NCBI GenBank assembly: GCA_937923485.1
Contig: CALDUE010000095.1
Span: 619-64,618 of the forward strand
Length of the DNA stretch: 64,000 nucleotides
Direction of reading: 5' to 3'
Source of the DNA: an uncultured Saprospiraceae bacterium
GTDB taxonomy: Bacteria > Bacteroidota > Bacteroidia > Chitinophagales > Saprospiraceae
Below the pieces are notes generated by a model that did no database searches, was not told where the DNA came from, and saw only the letters and a list, made by a program, of their open reading frames with translations. Of the stretch, positions 20,401 through 29,158 are shown piece after piece. Made by a program: the position numbers and the translations under genes. Within the stretch, counting starts at the first letter, position 1; every line of letters starts with the position of its first letter.

Positions 20401-20697
20401 CAACGTATTCAAGCTGGTAAATTGACTTCTAAGCGCGAAGGCCGTTCTCTCAGAGATGCGGATGTGCGTACAGCCTGTCAAACAGCTTGTCCTACAGGAG
20501 CGATCACATTCGGTGATCGCAACAATGCTGAAGGAGACTTGATGCAAGTTTGGAACGCACCGGTCAACTACCTCGTATTAGAGGAAGTGAACGTCGCTCC
20601 ATCTGTCATGTATTCTGCAAAAATTACTAATCGCAACGCCGACTTGATTCCTCACGACATGCATGTCGGAGAAGATCATGGTGGTGGACATTCTTAA
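17419..20697 (+). CDS. actB: Alternative complex III subunit ActB (molybdopterin-oxidoreductase-like plus 4Fe-4S domain)
   Basis: 1092 aa; Tat-like SNRRDFLKMMG and ferredoxin cysteine clusters (CTGCSACVVAC, CQHCDNAPC). GTG start. Confidence 0.9.
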   Translation: MSKNNQPWVGLGQLTDTETFNEQAKVEMPAHSLADQVGQADEVEMKSNRRDFLKMMGFGLGAATAAAACDIPRKYAVPYVTKPDAIVPGVATYYASSFVNGNDFCPILVKTREGRPIKIEGNSASGMLGHGTTARAQASVLSLYDIERFQGPMKMIDGKPETATWEDVDTAMGKLPSTANVHIITNTVHSPSLNAALGEFKSAYPNATVVTYDTATSSAAIQANAETFGKAVLPSYHFDKADVVVGIDCDFLGTWVFPSLYSSQYAKRRRVVNQLKPTMNRHYQVESTMTLTGSNADHRVRVKPSHIGQAIIELHNQVASLTGGSSAGSARIGADEKKVLATAAKDLVAARGSSLVVSGSNNLAEQKLVNSINAMLGAYGKTIDFSRPTKLRQGVDKDMQKSIAAMASGSVDAVIFHGDVNPAFDYPQADRFAAALAKVPMKLSLAGSNNETTAMCDMVAPDHHVLESWGDAEPIGGVYTVIQPTIHQLWNTRQAGHSFLTWADSGALDTTAEQPYLDFIRNVWEGATFPAQTRFASFESFWDSTLSEGVFVAGPTYGSESMTGFSGSASASGVRKPAADGVVEMAMYESVAVGHGQYAGNPWLQEVPDPVTRTCWGNYLQVPVTYTHGHNYEVFRELNSDELKGRTDKVSVTAREATAEPTCVIQFGMATDTVGIATGYGRSVIGKSGQGVGVNVYPWASIDGDGNRQYYATDVEVSEAIDQDDRFAIVQYHHTMGVTGKDDGEPVVVDEERTMFNGYGGIAKGYKGNLTERSIIRTADLAEVETFVTELEHEREHHQKLNSYSLYDGHDEQYKMGHHWGMFVDLNSCTGCSACVVACISENNTPVVGKNEVARHHEMTWLRIDRYYYGDVDNPQVVYQPMMCQHCDNAPCENVCPVAATNHSSEGLNQMTYNRCIGTRYCANNCPYKVRRFNWMDYTTADIFIGNEPGLMEDSIVPVGGDQPFGADNLTRMVLNPDVTVRSRGVIEKCSFCVQRIQAGKLTSKREGRSLRDADVRTACQTACPTGAITFGDRNNAEGDLMQVWNAPVNYLVLEEVNVAPSVMYSAKITNRNADLIPHDMHVGEDHGGGHS

Positions 20698-20718
20698 GAA
20701 CCTCCTCACTGTTCATTT

Positions 20719-22143
20719 ATGAGCGCACCTACATCATCGTTACGTGAGCCTTTAGTATTAGGGCACAAAACGTATCACGACATTACGGAGGACATTTGTT
20801 CTCCTACAGAAAGCACCCCGAACGCGGCGTGGGTTGCGGCCTTCATCCTGTCTGTTACCCTGCTTGGGCTTTACGCTTTTTGTTTAGTGGTAACCGTCTG
20901 GTTTGGTATTGGTACTTGGGATCTTAACCGTACCGTAGGGTGGGGTTGGGACATCACCAACTTCGTTTGGTGGGTAGGTATCGGTCACGCTGGTACATTG
21001 ATCTCCGCGATTCTTTTGCTCTTCCGTCAGAAATGGCGTACAGGTGTAAACCGTGCAGCAGAGGCGATGACAATCTTCGCGGTTGTCTGTGCAGGTCAGT
21101 TTCCACTCATTCACATGGGACGCCAGTGGTTGGCTTTCTTCATCTTTCCGTATCCGAACACACGTGGACCGCTTTGGGTGAACTTTAACTCGCCGCTGCT
21201 TTGGGACGTGTTCGCGATCTCAACATACCTCACGGTTAGTTTACTTTTCTGGTACCTCGGATTGGTTCCTGATTTTGCAACCGTACGAGATCGCTCTAAA
21301 GGTCTTCGACGCAAGATTTACAACATCCTTTGCTTCGGTTGGACGGGAGCAGCTAAGCACTGGTCTCGTTGGGAGTCAATGGCTTTGGTGCTTGCAGGTC
21401 TTTCTACGCCGCTCGTACTTTCGGTACACACTATTGTAAGTTTTGACTTCGCAACTTCAGTAATTCCAGGATGGCACACGACGATTTTCCCACCCTACTT
21501 TGTGGCAGGAGCAATCTTCTCGGGTTTCGCGATGGTATTGACGCTAATGCTTATCGCTCGAAAGGTTTTGAACCTTGAGCAGTACATCACCATCACGCAC
21601 ATCGAGTCGATGAACAAGGTGATTCTGCTTACGGGATCGATCGTAGGTGTAGCTTACCTCACTGAGCTTTTCGTTGCTTGGTACTCAGGTTATGTATACG
21701 AGCAATTTGCATTTTTCAATCGCGCTTTAGGGCCATACTACTGGAGTTACTTCGGAATGATGGCTTGTAACGTGATCTCTCCACAGCTCTTTTGGAAGAA
21801 GTCTTGGAGACGAAACATCACGCTTACCTTCTTCATGTCGATCTTTATTAATATCGGTATGTGGTTTGAGCGATTTGTAATTATCGCAACGACACTTGCA
21901 CGTGACTACCTCCCATCAAGCTGGAGTTATTACATCCCAACATGGGTTGAGATTGGAATTTTCGTCGGTACGATTGGACTATTCTTTACGCTTTTCCTTG
22001 TTTTCACTCGTGTTGCGCCGGTAATCGCGATTGCAGAGATCAAGCACATTCTTAAGAGTTCAGGTGATCAGTATAGCGATCACCCAGACTATCAAGATGG
22101 TCCTGTAAAGTCGGACAAAGTTCTTCAAAACCAACCTAGCTAA
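20719..22143 (+). CDS. actC: Alternative complex III subunit ActC (NrfD/PsrC-like quinol-binding membrane subunit)
   Basis: 474 aa polytopic membrane protein in the canonical position after ActB. Confidence 0.9.
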   Translation: MSAPTSSLREPLVLGHKTYHDITEDICSPTESTPNAAWVAAFILSVTLLGLYAFCLVVTVWFGIGTWDLNRTVGWGWDITNFVWWVGIGHAGTLISAILLLFRQKWRTGVNRAAEAMTIFAVVCAGQFPLIHMGRQWLAFFIFPYPNTRGPLWVNFNSPLLWDVFAISTYLTVSLLFWYLGLVPDFATVRDRSKGLRRKIYNILCFGWTGAAKHWSRWESMALVLAGLSTPLVLSVHTIVSFDFATSVIPGWHTTIFPPYFVAGAIFSGFAMVLTLMLIARKVLNLEQYITITHIESMNKVILLTGSIVGVAYLTELFVAWYSGYVYEQFAFFNRALGPYYWSYFGMMACNVISPQLFWKKSWRRNITLTFFMSIFINIGMWFERFVIIATTLARDYLPSSWSYYIPTWVEIGIFVGTIGLFFTLFLVFTRVAPVIAIAEIKHILKSSGDQYSDHPDYQDGPVKSDKVLQNQPS

Positions 22144-22153
22144 TCCAAGTATA

Positions 22154-22744
22154 ATGGTGAATACAAGCGACAGCACTTACGTTGAAACATCGGAAGATGT
22201 ACATGTAGATAGTGTACATGCCGGTGGGACTCCTATCGTATATGGACTATATGACGATGAGGTTGAGTTGATTGAAGCGGTGCGTAAAGCGAAAGCAGAT
22301 CACCTTGATATCTACGATGTCTACACTCCTTTCCCAGTTCACGGTTTGGATCCAGTTATGGGTATTGCAGAGAGTCGCCTCCACATTGGTGGCTTCGTCT
22401 ATGGTGCTCTTGGGACCCTAACCGCATTTGGATTTATGTCTTGGGTGTTTACTCGCGACTGGCCAATCATTTTTGGAGGTAAGCCATACTTTTCAGTACC
22501 GGCGTTCATTCCAATCACATTCGAGTTAACCGTACTCTTTTCAGCTATTGGAATGGTATTGAGTTTCTATCTCATTTGTGGTCTTGGCCCAGGTGCAGCG
22601 GAAATCAATATCGACGACCGCATTTCTGATGATAAATTTTGCTTAGCCTTTGCTACTAAAGGAATTGGCCAAGCTGATCGCGACCAGTTCGCTGATTTTT
22701 TCCGTTCGACCGGTGCTTCCGAAACAAGCGCTAAAGTTATTTAA
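22154..22744 (+). CDS. actD: Alternative complex III subunit ActD (DUF3341)
   Basis: 196 aa; position and size fit, two TM helices in the middle. Confidence 0.8.
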   Translation: MVNTSDSTYVETSEDVHVDSVHAGGTPIVYGLYDDEVELIEAVRKAKADHLDIYDVYTPFPVHGLDPVMGIAESRLHIGGFVYGALGTLTAFGFMSWVFTRDWPIIFGGKPYFSVPAFIPITFELTVLFSAIGMVLSFYLICGLGPGAAEINIDDRISDDKFCLAFATKGIGQADRDQFADFFRSTGASETSAKVI

Positions 22745-22752
22745 GTCGACCT

Positions 22753-23985
22753 ATGAAACGAATTCTAGCATACTCACTCTTTGCGATTGGACTTTCGGCT
22801 GTTGTCGGTTGTTCAAGCCCAGATGAGAATTCAACCGGTGCGGAGTACATGCCTGATATGGCCCACTCTATCGCCTACGAAGCCAACACGTACTTCGACT
22901 ATTACTACAACTCGTGGGATAGTGCAAGTGTCAAGAGCAAATACGACTTGGTCCAACCCGGACTACCTGTGAATGGAACAGTTCCGCGCGGATACGCAAG
23001 TCAGTATTATGCCGGTGTAGGAGCTGGCGATGGTGCTGTAAAGGCACAAGCGCAAGCCCTGGCTGGCCTTTATGGTTTAACAGGCAACATTCAAGACATC
23101 TCTACCGCGGTAAATGGTAATGTTCCTTACTACTATAAGGATACAGAAGCTGATCGTCTTCGCGCGATTGCTGATATGCGTAACAACCCATTTCCTATCA
23201 CGGAGGATGGCTTGGAAAGAGGAAAAGAACTCTACGAGATCTTTTGTGGCATTTGCCATGGAAACAAAGGAGATGGAAACGGCGTCATCTATGAAAATGG
23301 AGCTTATCCAGCCAAGCCTGCTAATTTCCTCCAGGAAGCTTGGGTAGATACAACCTCAGGAGCTTACTACCATGCGATCATGCATGGAAAGAACGTGATG
23401 GGACGCTATAACGACAAGGTATCTTACGAAGAGCGTTGGCAGATCATCCACCACATCCGTGCGCTTCAAGCAAAGGAGTTTAAGAAGGAATACACGGAAG
23501 CAGAAAACACGCTAGTACCAAGTCGAGCTATGCCAGCTGCAACTAATCCACGTTATGCTAGAGCATTAGAGGCTAGTTTTTCTCAGGACCACATGTCTCA
23601 CGGCGGTGCACATAATTCATCAATGGACCACGGCTCTGACAAAATGATGCACAGTGGATCCAACAAGAAGATGGACCACGGTTCTGATGTCATGATGGAT
23701 CACGGCTCTGACAAGATGATGGATCATGGTTCTAGCATGATGAAGGAAGGTTCCGACAAGATGTTGGATAAAGGTTCTGATATGATGAACAAAGGTTCCA
23801 ACATGATGAAGGTGGGATCTGACAAGATGATGGAACAGGGCTCTGACATGATGGAAGAAGCTTCCGACAAGAAGAAAGGCCTCGGTTCTAAAATAAAAGG
23901 TCTCGGATCTAAGATCAAGAACATCGGTTCTAAAAAGGATAAGGACGAAGGTTCAGATTCTGGATCTAACCAAGAAGAGCATTAA
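22753..23985 (+). CDS. actE: Alternative complex III subunit ActE, monohaem lipoprotein cytochrome c with a long Met/His/Asp-rich repeat tail
   Basis: Lipobox VVGCSS and a single CGICH. About 130 C-terminal residues are GSD(K)MM-type repeats. Confidence 0.8.
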   Translation: MKRILAYSLFAIGLSAVVGCSSPDENSTGAEYMPDMAHSIAYEANTYFDYYYNSWDSASVKSKYDLVQPGLPVNGTVPRGYASQYYAGVGAGDGAVKAQAQALAGLYGLTGNIQDISTAVNGNVPYYYKDTEADRLRAIADMRNNPFPITEDGLERGKELYEIFCGICHGNKGDGNGVIYENGAYPAKPANFLQEAWVDTTSGAYYHAIMHGKNVMGRYNDKVSYEERWQIIHHIRALQAKEFKKEYTEAENTLVPSRAMPAATNPRYARALEASFSQDHMSHGGAHNSSMDHGSDKMMHSGSNKKMDHGSDVMMDHGSDKMMDHGSSMMKEGSDKMLDKGSDMMNKGSNMMKVGSDKMMEQGSDMMEEASDKKKGLGSKIKGLGSKIKNIGSKKDKDEGSDSGSNQEEH

Positions 23986-24074
23986 ACAAAATATTGTCTA
24001 GAGTTGCATCGTCCTTTCGACTTTTCAGCTTTCGCCAAAACCTCACTCGCCAACACTAAGCCAAGCACTTTATC

Positions 24075-25556
24075 ATGGCTGATACTTTAGTTCACGCAGA
24101 TAGCCACGCACACGGTCACCACGAGGTGGACCCAGGTCCGCTACGTTACACAATGGGAGGTGCTACGCGCATGACCCTACTTGGTGGCATAGTGTTGGGC
24201 GTAATCTGTCTAGTACTCTCGTTCTTTATGGACGAAACTGCCCATCACACGCGCTTTTGGAGTAATTGGCTTCACAATAGTGTCTTCTTCCTGGGAATCT
24301 CATTCATGAGTCTGTTCCTCGTTGCAGCCAAAGTCCTGTTCTATTCAGGATGGCATACAGTATTCAAGCGAGTATTTGAAGCCTACGCACAGTTTCTTCC
24401 TGTTGCTATTATCCTAATGGCAGTAATCGTGGTGGGAGTCTTCACTGGGGCCACGCATATCTATCACTGGTCAGATGCGGCAGCACTCGAAACAGACGAT
24501 ATCCTGCGGGCAAAGTCAGCTTTCCTAAATCCAATTTGGTACCTCGCGGGCGCAATTGTACTCCCCGCAATTTGGCACTTCGTTTTTGGAATTAAGCTAA
24601 GAAAGCTTTCTATTCAAGAAGATGAGCAGGGAACAGCGGATTTCGATCAGCATAAGAGCATGCGCAAGACTGCGGGAATGTTTGTTCCAATCGCGGCATT
24701 CAGTTCTGCATTCGTTGTTTGGCTACTTATCATGTCCGTTGATGCTCACTGGTACTCAACACTATTTGCTTGGTACGCAACAGCTTCATGGCTAGTCTCA
24801 GCTATTGGACTTACGATTATCCTACTAGTATTCCTGAAGGCGCTAGGATATTTCGGACAAGTAACGGTCGAGCATTTGCACGATTTGGGTAAGTACCTAT
24901 TCGCTTTTAGTATTTTCTGGTCTTACCTATGGTTTTCTCAGTTCATGTTGATATGGTACGGCAACGTAGGTGAGGAAACGGTTTATTTCCAAACACGGAT
25001 GGACCATTACCCGGTTGGGTTCTGGGCGAATCTCGCAATCAATTTCGTTGCACCATTTATCATTTTGATGGCAAACACGACGAAAAGAAAGCTAGGTGTT
25101 TTGACATTCGTTGCTATGCTCGTTGTCTTCGGACACTGGCTTGATTTTTTCCAAATGCTCAAGCCAGGAATCTTTGAGACCGCTATGCATGCAGAGCATG
25201 ATGCCGCAGGTCACGGTGATGAGCATGCTGGTGATCTTCATATGGATGACGCTGGCCACGCCGTAGCTGGAGCTTCTCATGATGCTGCTGGTCATGGTGA
25301 CGATCACGCAGGTGAGGACCACTCAACAGGTCACCATGATCCTAATGAAAGCGTTCACGCTGTACATGGAAAATCTGGTGAGCATGGAGCGAAATCCTAT
25401 GCGGGATTTTATTTCCCAGGTTTGATTGAGGTAGGCACCTTCCTTGGCTTCTTATCTCTTTTCTTCCTGATTTCATTAGGGGCTCTTTCGAGAGCGAATT
25501 TGGTTCCAGTCAATGACCCTTATCTCGAAGAATCACTACATCACCACGTAGTATAG
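24075..25556 (+). CDS. actF: Alternative complex III subunit ActF (ActC paralogue)
   Basis: 493 aa polytopic membrane protein after ActE, with His-rich N-terminus and insert. Confidence 0.8.
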   Translation: MADTLVHADSHAHGHHEVDPGPLRYTMGGATRMTLLGGIVLGVICLVLSFFMDETAHHTRFWSNWLHNSVFFLGISFMSLFLVAAKVLFYSGWHTVFKRVFEAYAQFLPVAIILMAVIVVGVFTGATHIYHWSDAAALETDDILRAKSAFLNPIWYLAGAIVLPAIWHFVFGIKLRKLSIQEDEQGTADFDQHKSMRKTAGMFVPIAAFSSAFVVWLLIMSVDAHWYSTLFAWYATASWLVSAIGLTIILLVFLKALGYFGQVTVEHLHDLGKYLFAFSIFWSYLWFSQFMLIWYGNVGEETVYFQTRMDHYPVGFWANLAINFVAPFIILMANTTKRKLGVLTFVAMLVVFGHWLDFFQMLKPGIFETAMHAEHDAAGHGDEHAGDLHMDDAGHAVAGASHDAAGHGDDHAGEDHSTGHHDPNESVHAVHGKSGEHGAKSYAGFYFPGLIEVGTFLGFLSLFFLISLGALSRANLVPVNDPYLEESLHHHVV

Positions 25557-25664
25557 TCCCACCACTGTTTAGACTGATTCTAAACGGAATTGTTTTGAAA
25601 ACTGATGACATAGACGGAGAGTTTCATCTTTAGTTTTGAGACACCGCCGAAAAGCATTTATCCG

Positions 25665-27206
25665 ATGACTGCATTAATCATTTTTATTTGTTTGGTCATG
25701 CTCGGCATCATTGTCGTTCAGATCTCTCGCGTTCGTGAGATTTCTGCTGCGATGCGTGGTGAGGAGCAAGCCTCTATCAATTCCACCAATCGTAATGGTT
25801 TGGGGCTTTTGGTATTCATGGTAGTTTTCCTTGTAGGAACGGTCGTATCGGCTCTCTACTACAAAGACTCTATGTTAGGCTACGGTCCTTGGGAGTCATC
25901 AAGTGCTCACGGTGGACTGATTGATTCTGGTATTGCGATCACATTGTTCTTTACAGGAATTGTTTTCGTAGCGACACACATCTTACTTTTCTGGTTTGCG
26001 TATCGTTACCGCAAAACCAAGAGTCCTAAGGCTGATTTCATCAGTCACGACAACAAGCTCGAAGTTATATGGACGCTCATTCCAGCTGTCGTCATGACAG
26101 GTCTTGTTGTTAGTGGACTAGATGCATGGAACACAATCATGGCTGACGTTCCTGATGAAGCCGTCATTGGACAAGATTACATCGAGATTGAGGCAACAGG
26201 CTATCAGTTTGCTTGGGACCTTCGCTACCCAGGTGCAGATCACCTCATAGGAACGAAAAATTTCCGCATGATCTCTGCAACCAACCCGCTTGGTCAGGAT
26301 TGGACAGATGCTAAGAACCATGATGACATTATGCCTTCAGAAGTGGTATTACCAGTGGGTGTACCGGTTCGTGTGCGTATCACATCTAAGGATGTACTTC
26401 ACAACTTCTATCTACCTCACTTCCGTGTCAAGATGGATGCGGTTCCAGGTATGCCAACGTACTTCGTATTTACTCCGATCGTCACGACGGATAGCATGCG
26501 CAGTCGCTTGAGTCAATATCCTGATTACCAAGTTCCTTCTGATCCAGAAGATCCGAAGAGTGTACCGAGATGGAAAGCATTCAACTATGAGCTAGCATGT
26601 GCTGAGCTTTGTGGAACAGGCCACAACTCAATGCGTCGTATCGTACGCATCGTAGAAAAGGCAGACTATAATGTTTGGTTATCTGAGCAGCCTTCTGTCT
26701 ACTTGAGTACTATTCGTAACACCGACGATGACCCATATAAAGGTCAAGTTGTAGCTGCTGAACTTGCGCTACAGAAGGTTGAACTGAATACCGCGATGGT
26801 TAACGCGATGAGCGCAGTTGATTCTGTGGACAGAGTAGTACGCCTCAAAAACATCTCTTACGAAACAGGTTCAGCTAACCTAACAGCAGTGTCAAGTTAC
26901 GAATTAAGTAATGTTGTAGAAATCTTGCAACAGTACCCTGGTATTCGTGTTGAGATAGCAGGACACACCGATAACACTGGTGATCCACAATCAAATATGG
27001 CTCTAAGCGAAGCACGAGCACAAAGCGTAGCGAATTACCTGACATCAAATGGGATCAGCAATAGCAGATTCACGGCAGTTAAGGGATACGGTTCTAACCG
27101 TGAAGCGGCAAGCAACGATACAGAAGAAGGTCGAGCAGAGAATCGACGGACTGAATTTATCGTAGAGCTTCCTAATAAAGAAGAGGTACCCCAACAGGTA
27201 CTTTAA
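25665..27206 (+). CDS. ctaC: Cytochrome c oxidase subunit II with a C-terminal OmpA-like domain
   Basis: Two N-terminal TM helices and CuA motif HNFYLPHF...CAELCGTGHNSM. Residues ~391-501 match the OmpA_C pattern (IAGHTDNTGD...NMALSEARA...NRRTEF). Confidence 0.9.
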   Translation: MTALIIFICLVMLGIIVVQISRVREISAAMRGEEQASINSTNRNGLGLLVFMVVFLVGTVVSALYYKDSMLGYGPWESSSAHGGLIDSGIAITLFFTGIVFVATHILLFWFAYRYRKTKSPKADFISHDNKLEVIWTLIPAVVMTGLVVSGLDAWNTIMADVPDEAVIGQDYIEIEATGYQFAWDLRYPGADHLIGTKNFRMISATNPLGQDWTDAKNHDDIMPSEVVLPVGVPVRVRITSKDVLHNFYLPHFRVKMDAVPGMPTYFVFTPIVTTDSMRSRLSQYPDYQVPSDPEDPKSVPRWKAFNYELACAELCGTGHNSMRRIVRIVEKADYNVWLSEQPSVYLSTIRNTDDDPYKGQVVAAELALQKVELNTAMVNAMSAVDSVDRVVRLKNISYETGSANLTAVSSYELSNVVEILQQYPGIRVEIAGHTDNTGDPQSNMALSEARAQSVANYLTSNGISNSRFTAVKGYGSNREAASNDTEEGRAENRRTEFIVELPNKEEVPQQVL

Positions 27207-27232
27207 GTAACTAAGTAAATATAATCTGCACC

Positions 27233-29095
27233 ATGTCAAGTGTAATCACCAGACCACAGAACGAACAGGCGTTTATCGAGGAGGATGGATACGAGGATCA
27301 TTTCCACGATCATCACCACGGTGATAAGTACCAGTCTAACTTCGTTACGACGTACATCTTTTCGATGGACCATAAGATGATTGCCAAGCAGTTCCTTATT
27401 ACAGGTATGTTTTGGGCAGTTATTGGTGCAGCGATGTCACTCGTTTTCCGTCTTCAACTTGGTTTTCCTGCAGGAGATATCTCTTGGCTCGAACCATTTT
27501 TAGGTAAGTGGATAACTATCAGCTCGTCCGGCGTCGGATCGCTCTCAACAGAGTTTTACTATGCCATGGTTACCATGCACGGTACCATTCTGGTATTCTT
27601 TGTACTGACCGCAGGTCTTTCGGGTACCTTCTCGAATCTGTTGATTCCGCTTCAGGTAGGTGCGCGTGATATGGCATCTCCTCTGTTGAACATGCTGTCT
27701 TACTGGTTCTTCTTTTTAGCAGGTGCAGTAATGTTCGCTTCACTCTTTTTGAGTACAGGTCCGTTCTCTGGTGGTTGGACCGCTTATCCTCCGCTAAGCG
27801 CATTGCCGCAGGCAAGTACGGGTAGTGCAGCAGGTATGACTTTGTGGTTAGTTAGTCTAACGCTTTTTGTAGTGTCTGTACTTCTTGGTGGTATCAATTA
27901 CGTTACAACTGTACTCAACCTTCGTACGAAGGGAATGAGCATGTGGCGATTACCACTCACGATATGGGCATTCTTCGTTACCGCTATTATCGGTATCCTC
28001 AGTTTCCCAGTACTTGTCTCAGGATTCCTCCTATTGATGTTTGATCGTGGAATGGGCACTAGTTTTTACCTCAGTGAAATCTTCATCGGTGGTCAAGCAC
28101 TCGACCACGTAGGTGGTAGTCCCTTACTCTATCAGCACCTTTTCTGGTTCCTCGGTCACCCGGAGGTTTACATCATTGTACTACCTGCGATGGGTATCGT
28201 CTCTGAAGTATTGGCTGTAAATGCACGAAAGCCAATTTTTGGTTACAAAGCAATGGTCTATTCAATCCTAGCGATTGCATTCTTAAGCTTTATCGTATGG
28301 GCTCACCACATGTTTATGTCAGGTGTCAACCCATTCATCAGTAACTTCTTCGTGATCTTCACCCTAATCATCGCTGTACCTTCTGCGGTGAAAGTATTCA
28401 ACTGGATTTCGACGCTTTATAGAGGTTCTATCAGATTCAATTCAGCAAGTCTCTTCGCCATTGGTTTCGTATCGATGTTTATCTCTGGTGGACTTACAGG
28501 AATCTGGCTAGGTAACTCTTCAATTGATATTCAGCTTCACGATACGTATTTCGTTGTAGCTCACTTCCACATCGTAATGGGTGTAGCTGCTTTCTTCGGT
28601 ATGTATGCTGGTGTTTACCACTGGTTCCCGAAGATGTATGGTCGATTCATGAATGAGACATTAGGTCAAATTCACTTTTGGGGTACAATCATCAGTGCTT
28701 ACGCGATCTTTTGGCCAATGCACTACTTAGGTATGGCAGGTGTACCACGCCGTTATTACAGTTTCGCGAACTTTGATTTTACGAGTCAGTTTGGTGCGAT
28801 GAATGCGTTCATAACGGTAGCAGCCTTTGTCGCTTTCTCTTTCCAAATTTTGATGATCGTCAACTTCTTCTACAGCATGTACAAGGGTAAGAAGATGACT
28901 ACTCGAAATCCATACAACGCTACCACGCTCGAGTGGACAACACCTATCGAAGGTATCCACGGTAACTGGCCAGGGAAGATTCCTAGTGTTCACCGTTGGG
29001 CCTATGATTACGGTAAGTTTGGCGAGGATGCTATTTCACAATACGTCCCTGTCTCAGAGGCGGAAGCAGAAGCTGATAAAGAACTCGTTCACTAA
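27233..29095 (+). CDS. ctaD: Cytochrome c oxidase subunit I
   Basis: 620 aa; WFLGHPEVYI and VWAHHMF haem-copper signatures. Confidence 0.97.
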   Translation: MSSVITRPQNEQAFIEEDGYEDHFHDHHHGDKYQSNFVTTYIFSMDHKMIAKQFLITGMFWAVIGAAMSLVFRLQLGFPAGDISWLEPFLGKWITISSSGVGSLSTEFYYAMVTMHGTILVFFVLTAGLSGTFSNLLIPLQVGARDMASPLLNMLSYWFFFLAGAVMFASLFLSTGPFSGGWTAYPPLSALPQASTGSAAGMTLWLVSLTLFVVSVLLGGINYVTTVLNLRTKGMSMWRLPLTIWAFFVTAIIGILSFPVLVSGFLLLMFDRGMGTSFYLSEIFIGGQALDHVGGSPLLYQHLFWFLGHPEVYIIVLPAMGIVSEVLAVNARKPIFGYKAMVYSILAIAFLSFIVWAHHMFMSGVNPFISNFFVIFTLIIAVPSAVKVFNWISTLYRGSIRFNSASLFAIGFVSMFISGGLTGIWLGNSSIDIQLHDTYFVVAHFHIVMGVAAFFGMYAGVYHWFPKMYGRFMNETLGQIHFWGTIISAYAIFWPMHYLGMAGVPRRYYSFANFDFTSQFGAMNAFITVAAFVAFSFQILMIVNFFYSMYKGKKMTTRNPYNATTLEWTTPIEGIHGNWPGKIPSVHRWAYDYGKFGEDAISQYVPVSEAEAEADKELVH

Positions 29096-29125
29096 TTTCT
29101 TAATGAACAGCGTTTCATAGTACAG

Positions 29126-29158
29126 AAGGGCAGAACTCGTATGTTTTGCCCTTTTGTT
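29126..29158 (+). terminator. Possible attenuating hairpin after ctaD
   Basis: AAGGGCA-14 nt-TGCCCTT then TTGTTG. It overlaps the TTG start implied for the next ORF. Confidence 0.4.
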
